DNA of 64,000 nt from Plasmodiophora brassicae (GCA_036867785.1 CP145425.1:620001-684000); one strand, 5' to 3'. Counted from the stretch's first letter, positions 22,062 through 34,538 are shown. The notes: generated by a model not told the origin, from the sequence alone. A program made the numbers and translations.

Positions 22062-22864
22062 TCCGCGATCCGGTGGCCATCTTCTTTGCAGTAGAAGCAG
22101 AGGCCGTCCTTGCGGGCACGCTCACGGGCATCGGCGGCGACAACCTTCGGAACGGGGTAGCGCGGGCAGAGGTGTTTCGCCTTTTTGACCATCTCGTCGA
22201 AGTCGGTGATCATGTCCTCGAACAGTTTTTCCGACAAGGCAGTATGCAGCGACTTCCGGAACTTCGACGCGCGCCGGGCCGAACTCATCTTGAAGGTTGC
22301 ATCCGCGCGCTGAAGCGCTTGATACAAATTGTTGAACATCAACACATGCTCTTCGACAGGTTCGGTCTGGGTGAGGTTGTCGAAGCACTCCTCCAGCTGT
22401 TCGAACGTCGGCACCGGAAACCATTTTGACATCGCGTAGGACAGGTCGGCCATCGTGGCGTCGTCCGGCAGCCCGAAATAGACTTCCAACGCCGGGCCTT
22501 CCAGCGATCTAAGAAGGGCGCTGTGCGCCGCCGGCGGAAGGCGGGTCGTCGATGACGGGAGCTGCAGCGTCCTTGACAGACACTTCAGAAAGTCGCGGGA
22601 GTTCGTGGAACTGTCGCGAATACGCCCGGTAAAGCGGGGCAGGTGGATCTGGTGGTCGACGATGTGTCGGGATGTCGGCGACGGCTCGCTCGGCGGCATC
22701 TTGTCGGGCAGCGAGCGATTTATCGCTGTCCCAACGGCATCTTCGACCCGGTCGGCCACTACGGACTGCATAGCTTTCAGCTGGTGCAGCATGTCGCTGA
22801 CAGTGAGCGTGAGGTCCCGCACTTGATCTGCCAGTGCGGCGATCTGGTCCTCGCTCGTTGTCAT
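22016..22864 (-). CDS. S1 Gag
   Basis: LPRFTG capsid-like motif and [14 protein letters not shown] zinc knuckle. Confidence 0.9.
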   Translation of the reverse strand: MTTSEDQIAALADQVRDLTLTVSDMLHQLKAMQSVVADRVEDAVGTAINRSLPDKMPPSEPSPTSRHIVDHQIHLPRFTGRIRDSSTNSRDFLKCLSRTLQLPSSTTRLPPAAHSALLRSLEGPALEVYFGLPDDATMADLSYAMSKWFPVPTFEQLEECFDNLTQTEPVEEHVLMFNNLYQALQRADATFKMSSARRASKFRKSLHTALSEKLFEDMITDFDEMVKKAKHLCPRYPVPKVVAADARERARKDGLCFYCKEDGHRIADCPKRPPVAPGNVQG

Positions 22865-22904
22865 CGCGAACACACCGGTAGACGGACAGGAAACGGGACG
22901 GCAG

Positions 22905-23018
22905 GAACGGAGCGGGCGGAACGGAGCGGGCGGAACGGAGCGGGCGGAACGGAGCGGGCGGAACGGAGCGGGCGGAACGGAGCGGGCGGAACGGAGCGGG
23001 CGGAACGGGGCGGGCGGG
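22905..23018. repeat. 14-bp tandem repeat (GGAACGGAGCGGGC)n in the S1 5' leader
   Basis: About 8 copies read directly. Confidence 0.9.
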
Positions 23019-25857
23019 ACGGCGGTGACCGTTGGTTAGTCCGTCAAAATGTCACGATCAGGCAAGCTGATGCAACGAACGCTTTGACGGACTGGCGAAG
23101 TCCGTCGCGGGGTTCGGGATTTATTCAGTTATCACATTCTTCGCTTTCCGAATCGTCCTGCCAGCTGGACGGAGCAACACATCGCGAACGACCACGCCGA
23201 CAATAATCTTATCGATTGTGATGATTCGTTTGCGGCCAACAACAGTGCTGTGTTTCTCAAAGAACACCTCAACGGCAGTCTGATTGAAGAAATTCCTGAG
23301 AACTTCAGGTGTCGAGGCGTCAAGGTTACGGAGATTGGAATATTCCATGAGTCCATACCTTCGTAGGGTGCTGCTCAATCATATTCTTGCGAATATATCC
23401 TTCCAATGTTTGCGATTCACCGTTTTCTTTCGTTTCCGACCATCAGCAACTTCGTCATCTGCATCCTCGCGCCCCCAGCACTCACAAAAGCGGCACACTA
23501 ACAGCCTCAACAGAGCCACTGCTTTCGTTCCGTGACGTCACTCGCATCCGAACTCAAGTTCGAACTTATCCAGGTAGGGATATAATCGTTTCGGATGTTT
23601 ACGTGGAGGACCCGACATCGCGGCAGCTATCACGGGTCAGTGGGGGTGTTAGGCTGCTCCGGAACAGTACAAACAGACTCGGGGAAGTCCGTAGGCACTT
23701 GGTAAGTCCGCCACGCACTAATTAAAATAGTACAGACAGGTGCCCTTATATTAGTACATTGTACTATTCTAACGCGATTGTACTACTTTATCGAGCCCTG
23801 CATGACTCATGCAGGGCTCGGGTGTCAGAAATAGCTTTTCCGTTGTATGACATAGTATGTCATGTATGGGGGTGATTTCCGGTGGCCTGTTGCAACGGCT
23901 AGACTGACAACTATGCTGTCTGAATCGGTTCGAATGGCGTAGTCCGCCGTGCGGCGTTACCTGCGGACTTTCGTCCGATTTGAAACCGAGTGGGTTCCAT
24001 GGAGGAAGACCGCAAAGTGTGGGAGGCGGCTGTCCGCATGCTGCGGGCTGCATATGACGATGATCATGTCCGAGCACAGTGGTCTCAACCCGACGACGAG
24101 GTCAACGATGATGGGCAAACAATGTACGTAGGTTTTCCGGTATGACTACGAGAGCAGCTGCTCTCGTGGCCGAGTTGGGCGGTCCGGTCTACATGATATA
24201 TGATAACAGGGCCTATGAACACTTCTCGAGCGAAGCAAGTTTACAGTGTCGATGCATGGCTTCTTGCAAATGCGAGGCTCGTCGTACCTATTGTTTGCGA
24301 CGACATCAAAATAGTCGTTGAACAAGACGTCCGCGACCAGTCTCATCATGGTGTCGGATGTTAGCAACCTGTGTCTACAGTACTCTTGTTTCTTTGATGT
24401 TCCGGTGCGTTGCCTTCTGACATCCTTGCAGGCCATTGTTTTCGCATCTGTCGACAGCTGTTAACAGCCAACGGGCTGCCGCCCATTTGTCGCGCTTGAA
24501 TCCCGATGCGATATGGGCGATGAGCCTCTACGCGACGACGCCGACTGATACCTTCGACCCTGAGTGGTCGGATTCGTATCCACTGGCGTTTGCCGTCGAG
24601 AAACAAGCATGGTGGGAACATCGAGCACTTCAGTGCTGTGTGCTGTCTTGGTAACCGTTCCTGGCGTTTTGCGTGAACACGTGAACATTACTTGCTTGCT
24701 TGTCAGCGCATCGGGGACAAACATGCTGGACCTGCGCAGATCGACGCTTTACCCGTACCCACTCTGGAACACGCGGTTGATCACCACATTGTTAAGTTCT
24801 GGCGACAAATGAAGCAAGCGCTTCTTCAATGCCGAAGCCCACCTCCTGCCCGCGAAATCGTCCCAGCCGCTGTCTGGTTCTGAAATCATGTGAAAGGCGG
24901 CCAGGACGTTGTCTCGAGAGAGAGAGATGAACAATGTTAAGGTATGCAAATACCGCGATGTATGAGATCCATTACTGAACAGTGGCACCAGGTCGATTTC
25001 CGGCGACCGTCCCAAGACGTTAAATTGGCAGCGGCTTTGTTTCGTGTGCATGCTAAATGCGCACGAGCTGTGGCGTCTGCAGCAGCTGCAATCCCGTATT
25101 GCCGATGTGTCCAGTTTCGACAAATGGAAACATTTGTTGAACGATGAGGGTCCTTCAAACATTTTCTTCGGCTGGCCTGCCGCGACTGAGTGCCTTCTGA
25201 ATTGCAGCGTGCAGCAGAGGCAGCTGACAATCCAGTGCCGCTCCTCCAGCCACCTAAGCGGAATCTTCGGTTGTTCTTCCTGACTGAGGACGGTCGCGCG
25301 CTCCGTTTCAGACAGGGCATACGTTGTCCAGCGCTCTGGCAATAAGGGGGATGTTTACTGGGTCAATATCGGGAACCGAATGGGACATGTCGACAATGCA
25401 GCACGACGGTGTGGTGCAGCATTTGCCAAGTGCCGTTATGCAAGACGAGATTCGGTTCAAATACGTTATCATGCTTCGACAGATTCCATGATCCCGGTGA
25501 TGTCAACCTGTCTGTCCAGTTCCGCCCTGACAGTCGGACCGGGGAACGTGTATTCGACTTGGGCGTTCTGACGAACGATCGCCGTCCTCTCCTGAAGGTG
25601 GTTTGGACGCATTACTGCTTGCAAGTGGAGGACCTACAGTGCAGTCCATCGGCGGACGCCCACGACACGATGTGGCCACTTTACCCTCGGAAAACCCGGC
25701 AAGCAATCGCTCCGGACGCCGCTCGCGTGGACCAGTGACACGCTCGCAGTCCAGTCGATGATCGCATCCCCTTTGATCTTCTTGAGAATGCACCAGAGTA
25801 TCAATACAGGCAAAAGTGTGTTGCATGACATACTATGTCATGCTGCCTTTGCATGAC

Positions 25858-28320
25858 ATACTGTGCCTTTATGGCGGAAGAAGGGCAGGGAAGGTCTCAC
25901 AAAAATGCGAAGTCACAAAACTGCGCCGGTGACCTCCGCCAGAATACCTGTACATACCTACTTACCTATCAACAAGGTTTAACAGCATCCAGCGCATTGG
26001 ATTTGTTTATTCAACCCTGCCATCCGCACCCGTTCGAAGGATGCGAGCCCGGGCACCGACGTTTCTTAAAATCTGTGTGCGCGAACTGGTCCCCCCATCG
26101 TCTAGCGAATTCGTCGTCATCATCGTTACAATGTCGCCTCAAACAGTTCAGGACGGGGGTCAGGACATTATAATAGAACGTTCTCATGGACGGCGTGAAC
26201 GAATTCTTGGCCCTCCCTGCACACTGGATCTCAATACGCCGCATCGTTCGCAACTTCGCGTGCGTATCAATGTTCGACATGTCCCGATCAGCGACGTCAA
26301 AATCGCCTGCTTCACGACGACGACGTTTCCCGGATCGAGGTTCGGGTTCAAGGTCATTACGTGGTTGCTCGTCAGAAATTCCACCTGCCTGTCGCCCATT
26401 GTCAGCAATGGGAACGTGGGCACGCGGTTGTGATTGATGAAGTCCTCGTTCAGCGTCTGCGTTGAAGGCATCGTTATTGTTGGCGGGCGCATCTCCACTG
26501 GAATCCTTGTCGCTAGACACAGCAGGTCGTGCCCGGTTACGCCCACGTGCAGAGCGGCGCTGGTCGGCATTGTTATCGGCAGCATCAGGAGCATGACGAT
26601 CTTGAACTCCTTGTAGAGCATACTTTCTTGCAAGTAGCTCAACAAGTTGTCCTGTCAAGTCGCCGAACCCTTTCGCTTGCATCAGCGCAAGAATGTTGTC
26701 GATTTTTGCGTCGATACTCTGATCCCTCGCCTGCAGAATAGCTTGTGAGAGTGCTATGATGTTTCTGGTCTTGTTCGGAGCCAGCACTCTTTGAGCAACC
26801 AAATTCTCGACGAAGATCCGTACATGCCTAAACAAATCCGGCAGGCCGCCGATGGGATTCTCGTTTAGAGCCACCAGCTCTCTATGGTCGGACATGTGGA
26901 TCGCCTCCCATGTGTAATCGACGGTTAACAAAGCGCTTCGCCTGTTGACGAGTCAGTTCCGAAATTGCGTTTGGTTCACATGAATGCGAATTACTTCTGA
27001 AGCGATATCATCTTCAGGAAAGCTGCTGCCGATCCGTAGTACCGTTTAGCGCTTTCAACGGTTTTGTGCCGTGCTGACAGCATGATCTGCCCCAGTTCAC
27101 CTTTCCCCCAAATAGCTAACAAATAGCCAGTTTTTCGGAGGGTATGCGTTCCCCAAACTCGCCCGTCATCGCGTCCAACAACGTCCGAGAGCAGCTTCTT
27201 CAGTCTACGGACACGATTCGCCGTCAAATACACATTCGTAAGTGCACCATACGAGACCTACTGGTTGTTAAAGGTGGTGAAATCGAAGCAGTCACTAGAA
27301 CCCTTCTTCTTGGGAAATAGGTAACCCGACGTTATGCCAGATACGCTGAGCCACAGTAGCAGGTGGCTAACCAAGCATAGTTCGGGAACGTCTGTACAGC
27401 GCCATATCATTAACGGGACAAACGATCCATCAGCCTTGCCCTTGGTCTTGACGCCCATGCAGTTAACGTCGCCATTATCGGGATTGACAGATACCAGACT
27501 CGTCAGAATGTCTTCAATTCGGAATGGACACCCTTCGGCGGATCGGAGGAAGAGCTGGCAGTGGAAAAAGATCATCGTATAGAGACGAAGTCCCTCATAT
27601 CGATCTGCGCTGAGTAGCACTTCGCGAATCAGTTCATGTGGCATCAGCGGCGAATCACCTTGCGCAGTGTCGAGGTCGATTTGCGTCACGCGACGGTACC
27701 GGTTCTTCACGTTCTGATGCGATCGCGGGCAGCTCGATCTCCACACGCGCGGGACTCCAGCGTGAAAATTACACGAGACATTATTGTCCCGGTACGCGAC
27801 AATACACGCAGGACATGGTTCTGAGTACTGTCCGCTCTGGTGCCTCGCAACATGCAAATCACTGACAGCTGACAACAGCTGGTTGCATGAGTTCGGATCG
27901 TTCCAGGCACCCGTTGCGAGGATAGGCTGTCTCGAGAAGTAATCCAGAACGGGACCAACGCGATGAGAACTGACAGCATCGTCGCGATGCACAACAACGG
28001 GAGTGCCAGGTGACAGGACCTTGAAATCGATGAACGCCATGAGTGTGTCTGCACTCATCGATGGACAGAATTCGGTGGGAGCTCGCTCGTCGAGAATGAT
28101 CAATGACTCAAAATCACCAATTCGTTTGCAGAACAGAGCCAGCTGACGGTAGAGCTGCTTGTACTGCTTGTGCGAGTTCTGCTTCAGGACGCGATTGCCA
28201 GTCAGTTGCCCGCCGTGAGCTGGGAAGCGCAGGCCCATGCGGGCCAATGCCTCGCCGACTCTCTGCCGAACCACATCTTCTTGCGACGTTGTGAGCGGAC
28301 GCATTCGCTGTTGCACACCG
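25858..28320 (-). mobile_element. Crypton-type tyrosine-recombinase DNA transposon with spliceosomal introns (5' end probably truncated)
   Basis: YR catalytic set LFLRSAE (R), KTKGK (K), HTLRK (HxxR), ARHK (H), KRYY (Y). GT-AG introns at ~27206-27261 and ~26942-26994 join ORFs 27258-28331, 26991-27233 and 26011-26931. No RT or LTR linked. Confidence 0.82.
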
Positions 28321-28321
28321 T

Positions 28322-30500
28322 TGTCGACCAACTCGTCAACTGCATGCGCCTACTTCACCATGCAGGATGCGCAGCAGCCAAAAATCAGCAGTTCGCAACA
28401 ATATTCTACGACTTCGCAAAAGCGTTCGACAGGGTGCAACATATAAAAATAAAAATATCAAAAATGCGTAAGATGCAAATTGACCCATACCTCATCCTCA
28501 TAATCGATGAATGGCTCAAAAACAGAAAGTTCGAGGTATCACACCGAGGATCCACCTCCAAACAACACCCTCAAACCAGTGGTATTCCGTAAGGATCCAG
28601 CCTCAGTGTCCTACTCTGGGCAATTTACGTCTATGATGCACCACTCGACGAAGACTCTAGCAACATATATGTAGATGACATCGCCTCTTGGGCCACTGGG
28701 AGAACGAAGAAACAAGTGAAGCGCACCCTACGCAGAAAGAACGCGGCACTAATGAAATGGTGCGATGCCAACCATATTAAAATCAACTGGGACAAGACGG
28801 TAATATTATTCAACGAGTACAACCCGAACCACGCTCTTAAAACAAACAAAACCAGTATAAGGACAGCGCCGGAGGTCAAATACCTAGGAATCACACTAAG
28901 GGCTAATGAGGAAAACAAACACGGTATGATGATGATCGACCTTAATGGTGTAGCGGCCAGCATAAAACAAAGAAGCAAAGTAGTCAGGTCGCTGCTAAAA
29001 TACAACTTCCCAATTAAAATATACCACCAAATATGCAAAGGATTCATCGGGGGCAAACTAAATTACTACATGCCGATACTTGGAGCAGAAACAGGTAAAG
29101 AAATGAAAAGTGCCATCAAGCCCCTAGAGACAGCTTACAACGAATATATGAGGACATACTCAGGAGCGTTCAGATCCACACCAATTCCCCTTGTACACGC
29201 AATGACTGGATTTCCGCTATTACGAGACGCGATATGCACAAGCGCTACCACGACAGTCCTGTCAGCAATTGCCAATGACACCCTGCTAGGTAGAGAATAC
29301 AGCACTTGGGACGGTGAGGGTGATGGATGGAGCCCCCTAGGAATAGTGGGGAAGACCCTCAACGAGGACATGCCCAGGACGTATACTGAAGTACATCCAA
29401 AGGTAAAGCTAGGTGAACAGACACTAGAAAAACTCTATCAGGTGCAATTCCACACGAGTTCTGTAGCAGAAGCGATCGAAAAACACCTCACAGACGAGCT
29501 ACTACCCCAAGAACCACCTATAGAAATCTGGACTGATGGAAGCCTGACCCCTGGGGAGAACGCAGGAGCAGCTGCGCTCGTCATAGACAATAGGGAATAC
29601 CCGCCCACTGAAACAGTGAGAGAAACCGCTTTAAACCCGGTCATCGTTCGTTCCAGCTACGAAACAGAACTCATTGCATTAGGGTGCGGACTGGACGTTG
29701 CCATCGATGAGAACTTCAACGACACCAAAGTACACATCTTCTCGGACCTTATCGTGGGTCAAACAGCTGCAAGCGCACGACGAGGTCGAAGCTAATGCTG
29801 ACAAGCTGGCCAACCTAATAGAGAATAACAACGAGGTACACGTACACTTCATCCCCAGCCACGTCCCAAAACCAGTTGAAGAAAATACGGACACAAGTTC
29901 ACAGAAGACCGAATGCTCGGAGTCGTATGTAAACACGTACACTGACAGGGAAAACCCACCCAGGCAAACAGGTATCAGAAACGGTCAAGAACAATACCCA
30001 TGTAAAGACAGTAGCAGTGACGGCTCAGACACTGACCAAACCTCGACTCGAGACTACGAAAACCCGCCAATCCACCCCAGATCGCTGATGGAGAATCAAC
30101 CACAAACATCGGATGCAGACAAAAGCAAAGCCAGTGACGGCACGAACCACACGGGCCAAAGGGCAGAAGAAGAGGACAACACAAACACATTGCACGACTC
30201 ACTACCTACGCAAAATGCGTCATTGACTGAGGAAAGCAGCGAGGATGACTCGGTGACAGACTCGGAGAGCAGAAAAAGGATCAAATACCTGGAAATAGGT
30301 CATAACGAGGAGATTGACAAGCTTGCCAAGCGAGCAGCAAAGGAAGGAAAATGTGGGGTAAACCACACACCATTCCTGTCCTCCTACAAACTCCATCTAA
30401 GACGTCTAGCAGTCGAGCGGCTAGAAGACTACCTAAAAAATAACATCAAAGACAGCAAGTGGGACGACTACCCGAAGCGAAAACGATACATAGACGACGC
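28322..30500 (+). pseudogene. LINE ORF2 fragment: RT + RNase H (stop and frameshift)
   Basis: YDFAKAFDRV, GIP*GSSLS, YVDD, KYLGI, WTDGS, ETELIAL, IFSD, FIPSH, HNEEIDKLAK; A-rich sense strand. Confidence 0.9.
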
Positions 30501-30504
30501 ATGG

Positions 30505-33085
30505 CCCATGCGTCGTCTATGTATCGTTTTGCCATAAAGCATCATCAGTCCTGAGTTGCATGGCAGGTCCTCTGGTAGGCAGAGGTTGATCGACAGCATG
30601 GGCGTTCGGGATTTGCTAACCCATTTTGTCACGCGGGCGGCATCGCTACCAGTCGACGTTGCGATCGGAATACAACCGTCCCTGAGACAAACCCGACAAC
30701 AATAAGTGGGCGGTACGCACGAGTCAACTCAGTACGTACTGTTTGCATTGTTCTGCGAAGGGAACGAACACGTTGCGAAATATGCTACCGTCACACCAAT
30801 CGTCATAGACGTCGCGCGGGTTATCGGCGATATCTTCAAAACGGCTGATATCTGAATGTATTGCGTCCGCTAAACATTTCGCCCTCAGTGTTTGTTGAAT
30901 CTACGATACAGTCAGCGACCGACAACGACAATTGTTGACTGAATAATGAGGTTACTGTACCTGTATGAGACGCGGTAGGTAATAAAATGGCTCAGTCTTA
31001 CCCCTACAACAAGGCGACCTTCCGCCACCTTCTTTCCTGTACGCCGGAAACACATGACCTTCTGGACAGACAGAGAACTCGAGTGCAGGGCACGAGAGCC
31101 CTATACGCGTCAAGGTCGTAATTAACTTTCTGACGGCGTCCTTCACTTGAACATCTTCGCTGAGCGCTGATACTTCAAGATCAGCGGTCTGATAATATTG
31201 TCGGGGATCAGGCAGAGTTTCGAGCTATAAGACGGCAGGAGCTCAGGCATGAACATAGGGAAGAAGAAGCATTACGCTTCCTTACGGCTTGAATGAATTC
31301 GACCACCTGCTCGCGCTTAATTTTCGCGTCCCTATTCAGGAGGCTTTCTAGGAGACTGTCTGATCGTGCGGTGCGAGTTGATCTAGGAAACTCCTCAAGG
31401 ACCGGCAGCGCTTCGTCCACATTACGGGGGAGCTGTGCATCGAAAGAATGAAGCTTCGGAGTAAATGACGTTGTAGGAATTCGATCAGAGTCTTAAAAGA
31501 CGACGATTACGCTCAGCAAGCGCTTACCTGTTCATTTTCATCAAGCTGGTCTCCAGGTCGGTTGCGAGGCCGGGCAGGTATCGCATCATGCAAAGCGTCT
31601 GCTAGAAGCAGCGAACCCAGAAACGCAGGCAAACGGCGGGACGACTGTTCGGATGACATGGGCGATAATGAATGCAGGAATTCTTCATCCAACGAATTTG
31701 TGTGATCATCGTGTACATCTGCAACTGTGAAGTCAGATATGCCGGCCTACACCATTAAATATGAGAATCTCAACAGAAACTAGTACGCCTACCTGGACAA
31801 GCCGGCGGAGAAGACGGTAATGGTATTGACATGGAAGTTTCATGGGGTACGACGCCTGATGTGTCCCTTGGCGGTAGCGCAGCCGGACTCGCAGGCAACA
31901 GCGGCCGTGAGTCCGGGTCTTCGAGTAACGACGGCGCCGGATCATCGGGTAGCGGCGAAGCCTGATCCTCAGGTAACGGCGGCACGTGAGCGGGATCGTC
32001 AAGCGAAAGCAGCGTTGACGCCTCTGACAGCTGACCAAACGGCAAATCGATAGGAAGATGATCGGGAAACGCGGACCCGATGTGTATCCGCATGGGACGG
32101 CGGTGGCGATTCAGGCGTCTCCTTGTCATTTAAGCCCGTTCGGACGACGACAATCGACGATGACTACCGCCGAGATGTGCGACTCTAGCTCTGTTGCAAG
32201 GTACAACGTCGGCGCACCGAGCTGCTCGCCCGACGAACCGGCCAGATTCGAGGCTGCGCAACCTCACGGACCAGACTCGGCCCGCTGCACTCCTGCAGAC
32301 GCGGTGGGGCACGGCGTCGCCAGTATAACAGCCCGTAATTTGGTGATGGGATCGCTTATAGCGGTTAAAGGTCGTTCATTTCAAGTACGCTTACTTAATT
32401 GTTGGATGAGATCATGTTGAGCTCACGCTGCGCTGGCGCAGCAGCCGGACCCCGTAGCCCGATCCGTTCGGTTCTTATACCAGAAACCCCGAGCCGATCC
32501 ACAATTATGGGCCCAAACCTCGACCCGGTGCCTCAATTGCCACTGTGCCCAGCGATCGACGTCGATCGAGCAGAATCGTGTGTTCGGACAGTGCTCATTC
32601 TGATTCGCTGGCCCCGAGTCGCGCACCAACGATCATGCCCGGGAGAAGCAAACACAGGCCCCAGGCGCGTCGCGGCATCGCTACGACTTCGTCCGAAGAT
32701 GACCGTGATCGTTCGACCAGACAGACGCAACGTCGGGGCAGTCGCAGGACTCATGCTAGTCCGGATCCAGATGAAACGAGGCGTCGTGAAGCCGAACCAG
32801 AGGAATCGGGGTGTCCTGAAGCCGCGCCAGAGGAAACGGGTCAGCCTGAATCCGATCCAGAATGGTATCGTGCACGATGGTTCCAAGCGGCTCCTTCCTA
32901 ATCGATGGTCAGGGTTGTTAATGTGCATCCACACCACATTGCGATGCGTAAGGACGCGACGTTTTACCCGAAGTTCCACAGGAAGGAACCGCTGAACCTG
33001 CTTCCGGCGCTGGTTCCTTACTGCCCAACGAGCGTTCACCGGGGGCGAGAATCGAAAGTATAGCGTCTTCCGTTTAACTCGGGTG
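30505..33085 (-). mobile_element. Probable CACTA/EnSpm-like transposase relic
   Basis: Fragments VCPEGHVF..PCC..FYYLP and DVYDDWCDGSIF resemble the TnpD/Transposase_21 N-terminal region. Possible CACCC terminus at 33085. Extent uncertain. Confidence 0.4.
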
Positions 33086-33761
33086 ACACAATAGACGAAT
33101 GACGTTCGTCCCATCGATCCCATACCCCGCTCTCCCACCAGCGACGCACGTGATCGCGTGCTCTCGATTCCCGCATATCTCGACACATGAATCTCTGGCG
33201 CATGAGAATATTGTAGAGCGGGGCTCTATATTTAGCGTCTCGTGCCCGACCTCAAGATGCTGCTGTCCTGAGGAGGGGGTCCTGCTGTCCTGAGGAAAGG
33301 GGGCCTGCACGGATTTAGCTCCACTGTGATGGCATGGCCCGACGCCGTGGACGGGATGGATGATAAAGCTCATTGGGATACTGGCTCGAGACTGACAACA
33401 GTGCGCACTCTGTCTGATCCCACACGTCTGACTTCGTCCCGCACCACGTTCGAGACGCTGCGCCACGGCATCGGAGACGACGTCCAGCACGGACGAGCAT
33501 ATTGGTGTCAAGGACGCGGATGTCAGCATCCTGCCACGGGTCGCGAAGTTGGACTCCACATCCATCTTGAAGTTGAAAGAGCAATAGAGTTATCCGTAAA
33601 CCCCCTAAACTGACAGCGAGTCACAGTCTGTTCACCACCAGAATGGGTGCGCGGCCTCGTCATGAGGTTCCAAATATAGACTGGCAGGCAAACTTTGAAA
33701 GGCCTCTGGGACGGTCCCCAAAAAGTTTTCAACTTCACTCTGAGTTGCAACAGTGGTCGTC

Positions 33762-34538
33762 ATGGACACGTCATCGTCGTCTTCCAGCGAGAGCGAGGTC
33801 GGCGTTCAGGCGATTGCGGCACCAGTAGGCCATGGCCAGCGCGACCAGTCCGAATTCAAGCCGAAGGGAAAGAAGGTTCGCGAGTTCGTGTCCACTGAGC
33901 ACATCTCTGCGCTGGCTGACAGCTACTACTCGCACTTCGAGCATTACTGCGAGGGCCGCAAGAAGGCGGTGACGCAAGTGATTCCAGGAGCGGTTTGGAA
34001 ACAGGTCAGGTTCACGATTTGGGCAACTCGTACTCCTGGTATTGATTTATGTTTCAAGGTCTACGCCGAGTACCGACAAAAGTTCCCCGATTCGACGTTC
34101 TGCGAGGCGAACTTGAAGGTTCGCCTTCGCGACACGCTCCTGGAGCTCAAAACCGGTACCTCCAACATGGAAAACGTGCCGAAACGCGAGCTTCAAGCCA
34201 AGTCGGTGATTGAGCGACTTAAGACGCTCGATTCACACTGCAAGCGGAACGTCATCCAGTTGCGTGACTCAATCGTGCAGCGGAAGACCCCCGAAAAGAA
34301 GCCACGGGTTGAGTCGCCGTCTCCCCCTGACACGGCGGCTCCGAAGAACAAGGCGCAGGCTCTGTCCTGTCAGGCAATGGCGTTCACGCAGATCGCGAAA
34401 GCGATGCACGATCGAGGTCGCCTAACCGAGTCCCGGATCAAGCAAACGGAGCTCTCAAATCTCAAGGAGCTCCGTGATGCGGGCGTCATTTCGGACGAGG
34501 AGTTCAGGCAGAAGGCCCGCACCCTTATGGGGCTTTAA
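33762..34538 (+). CDS. Accessory (Myb/SANT-like) protein of the Harbinger-type element with SHOCT-like C-terminus; probable 54-nt in-frame intron ~34005-34058
   Basis: Position opposite the transposase; WKQ|VYAEY..FP..LKVRLRD; C-terminal LSNLKELRDAGVISDEEFRQK. Confidence 0.65.
   Translation: MDTSSSSSSESEVGVQAIAAPVGHGQRDQSEFKPKGKKVREFVSTEHISALADSYYSHFEHYCEGRKKAVTQVIPGAVWKQVRFTIWATRTPGIDLCFKVYAEYRQKFPDSTFCEANLKVRLRDTLLELKTGTSNMENVPKRELQAKSVIERLKTLDSHCKRNVIQLRDSIVQRKTPEKKPRVESPSPPDTAAPKNKAQALSCQAMAFTQIAKAMHDRGRLTESRIKQTELSNLKELRDAGVISDEEFRQKARTLMGL

Larger units (their letters stand above)
17598..23136 (-). mobile_element. Ty3/Gypsy (chromovirus/Tf-like) LTR retrotransposon with 87-bp LTRs, family S1
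   Basis: Identical LTRs 17598-17684 and 23050-23136 (TG...CA), 5-bp TSD TTCTT, purine tract next to the 3' LTR. Confidence 0.96.
17202..23790 (-). mobile_element. Degenerate hAT-like DNA transposon split by the S1 LTR element
   Basis: Imperfect TIRs TAAAGTAG(A/T)ACA. Clustered TAGTAC/GTACTA subterminal repeats at both ends. hAT dimerization-like peptide PTTSRVEGDFSLMSYRRN...LEG (17352-17597) continues from ORF remnants at 23137-23500. No TSD seen. Confidence 0.6.
17157..25861 (+). mobile_element. Degenerate piggyBac-like DNA transposon (own sequence 17157-17201 and 23791-25861), interrupted by other elements
   Basis: Starts TTAA|CCC. Subterminal ATGACATA-C/G-TATGTCAT palindromes near both ends. 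Broken ORF ending in a piggyBac-type Cys-rich domain (CRQC..WCSICQVPLC..CFDRFH, ~25385-25490). Confidence 0.65.

Noticed and set aside
25858-30500. DIRS-like element combining the tyrosine recombinase with the adjacent RT
   Set aside because: The RT is LINE-type, on the opposite strand, truncated and of different base composition; the YR has introns.
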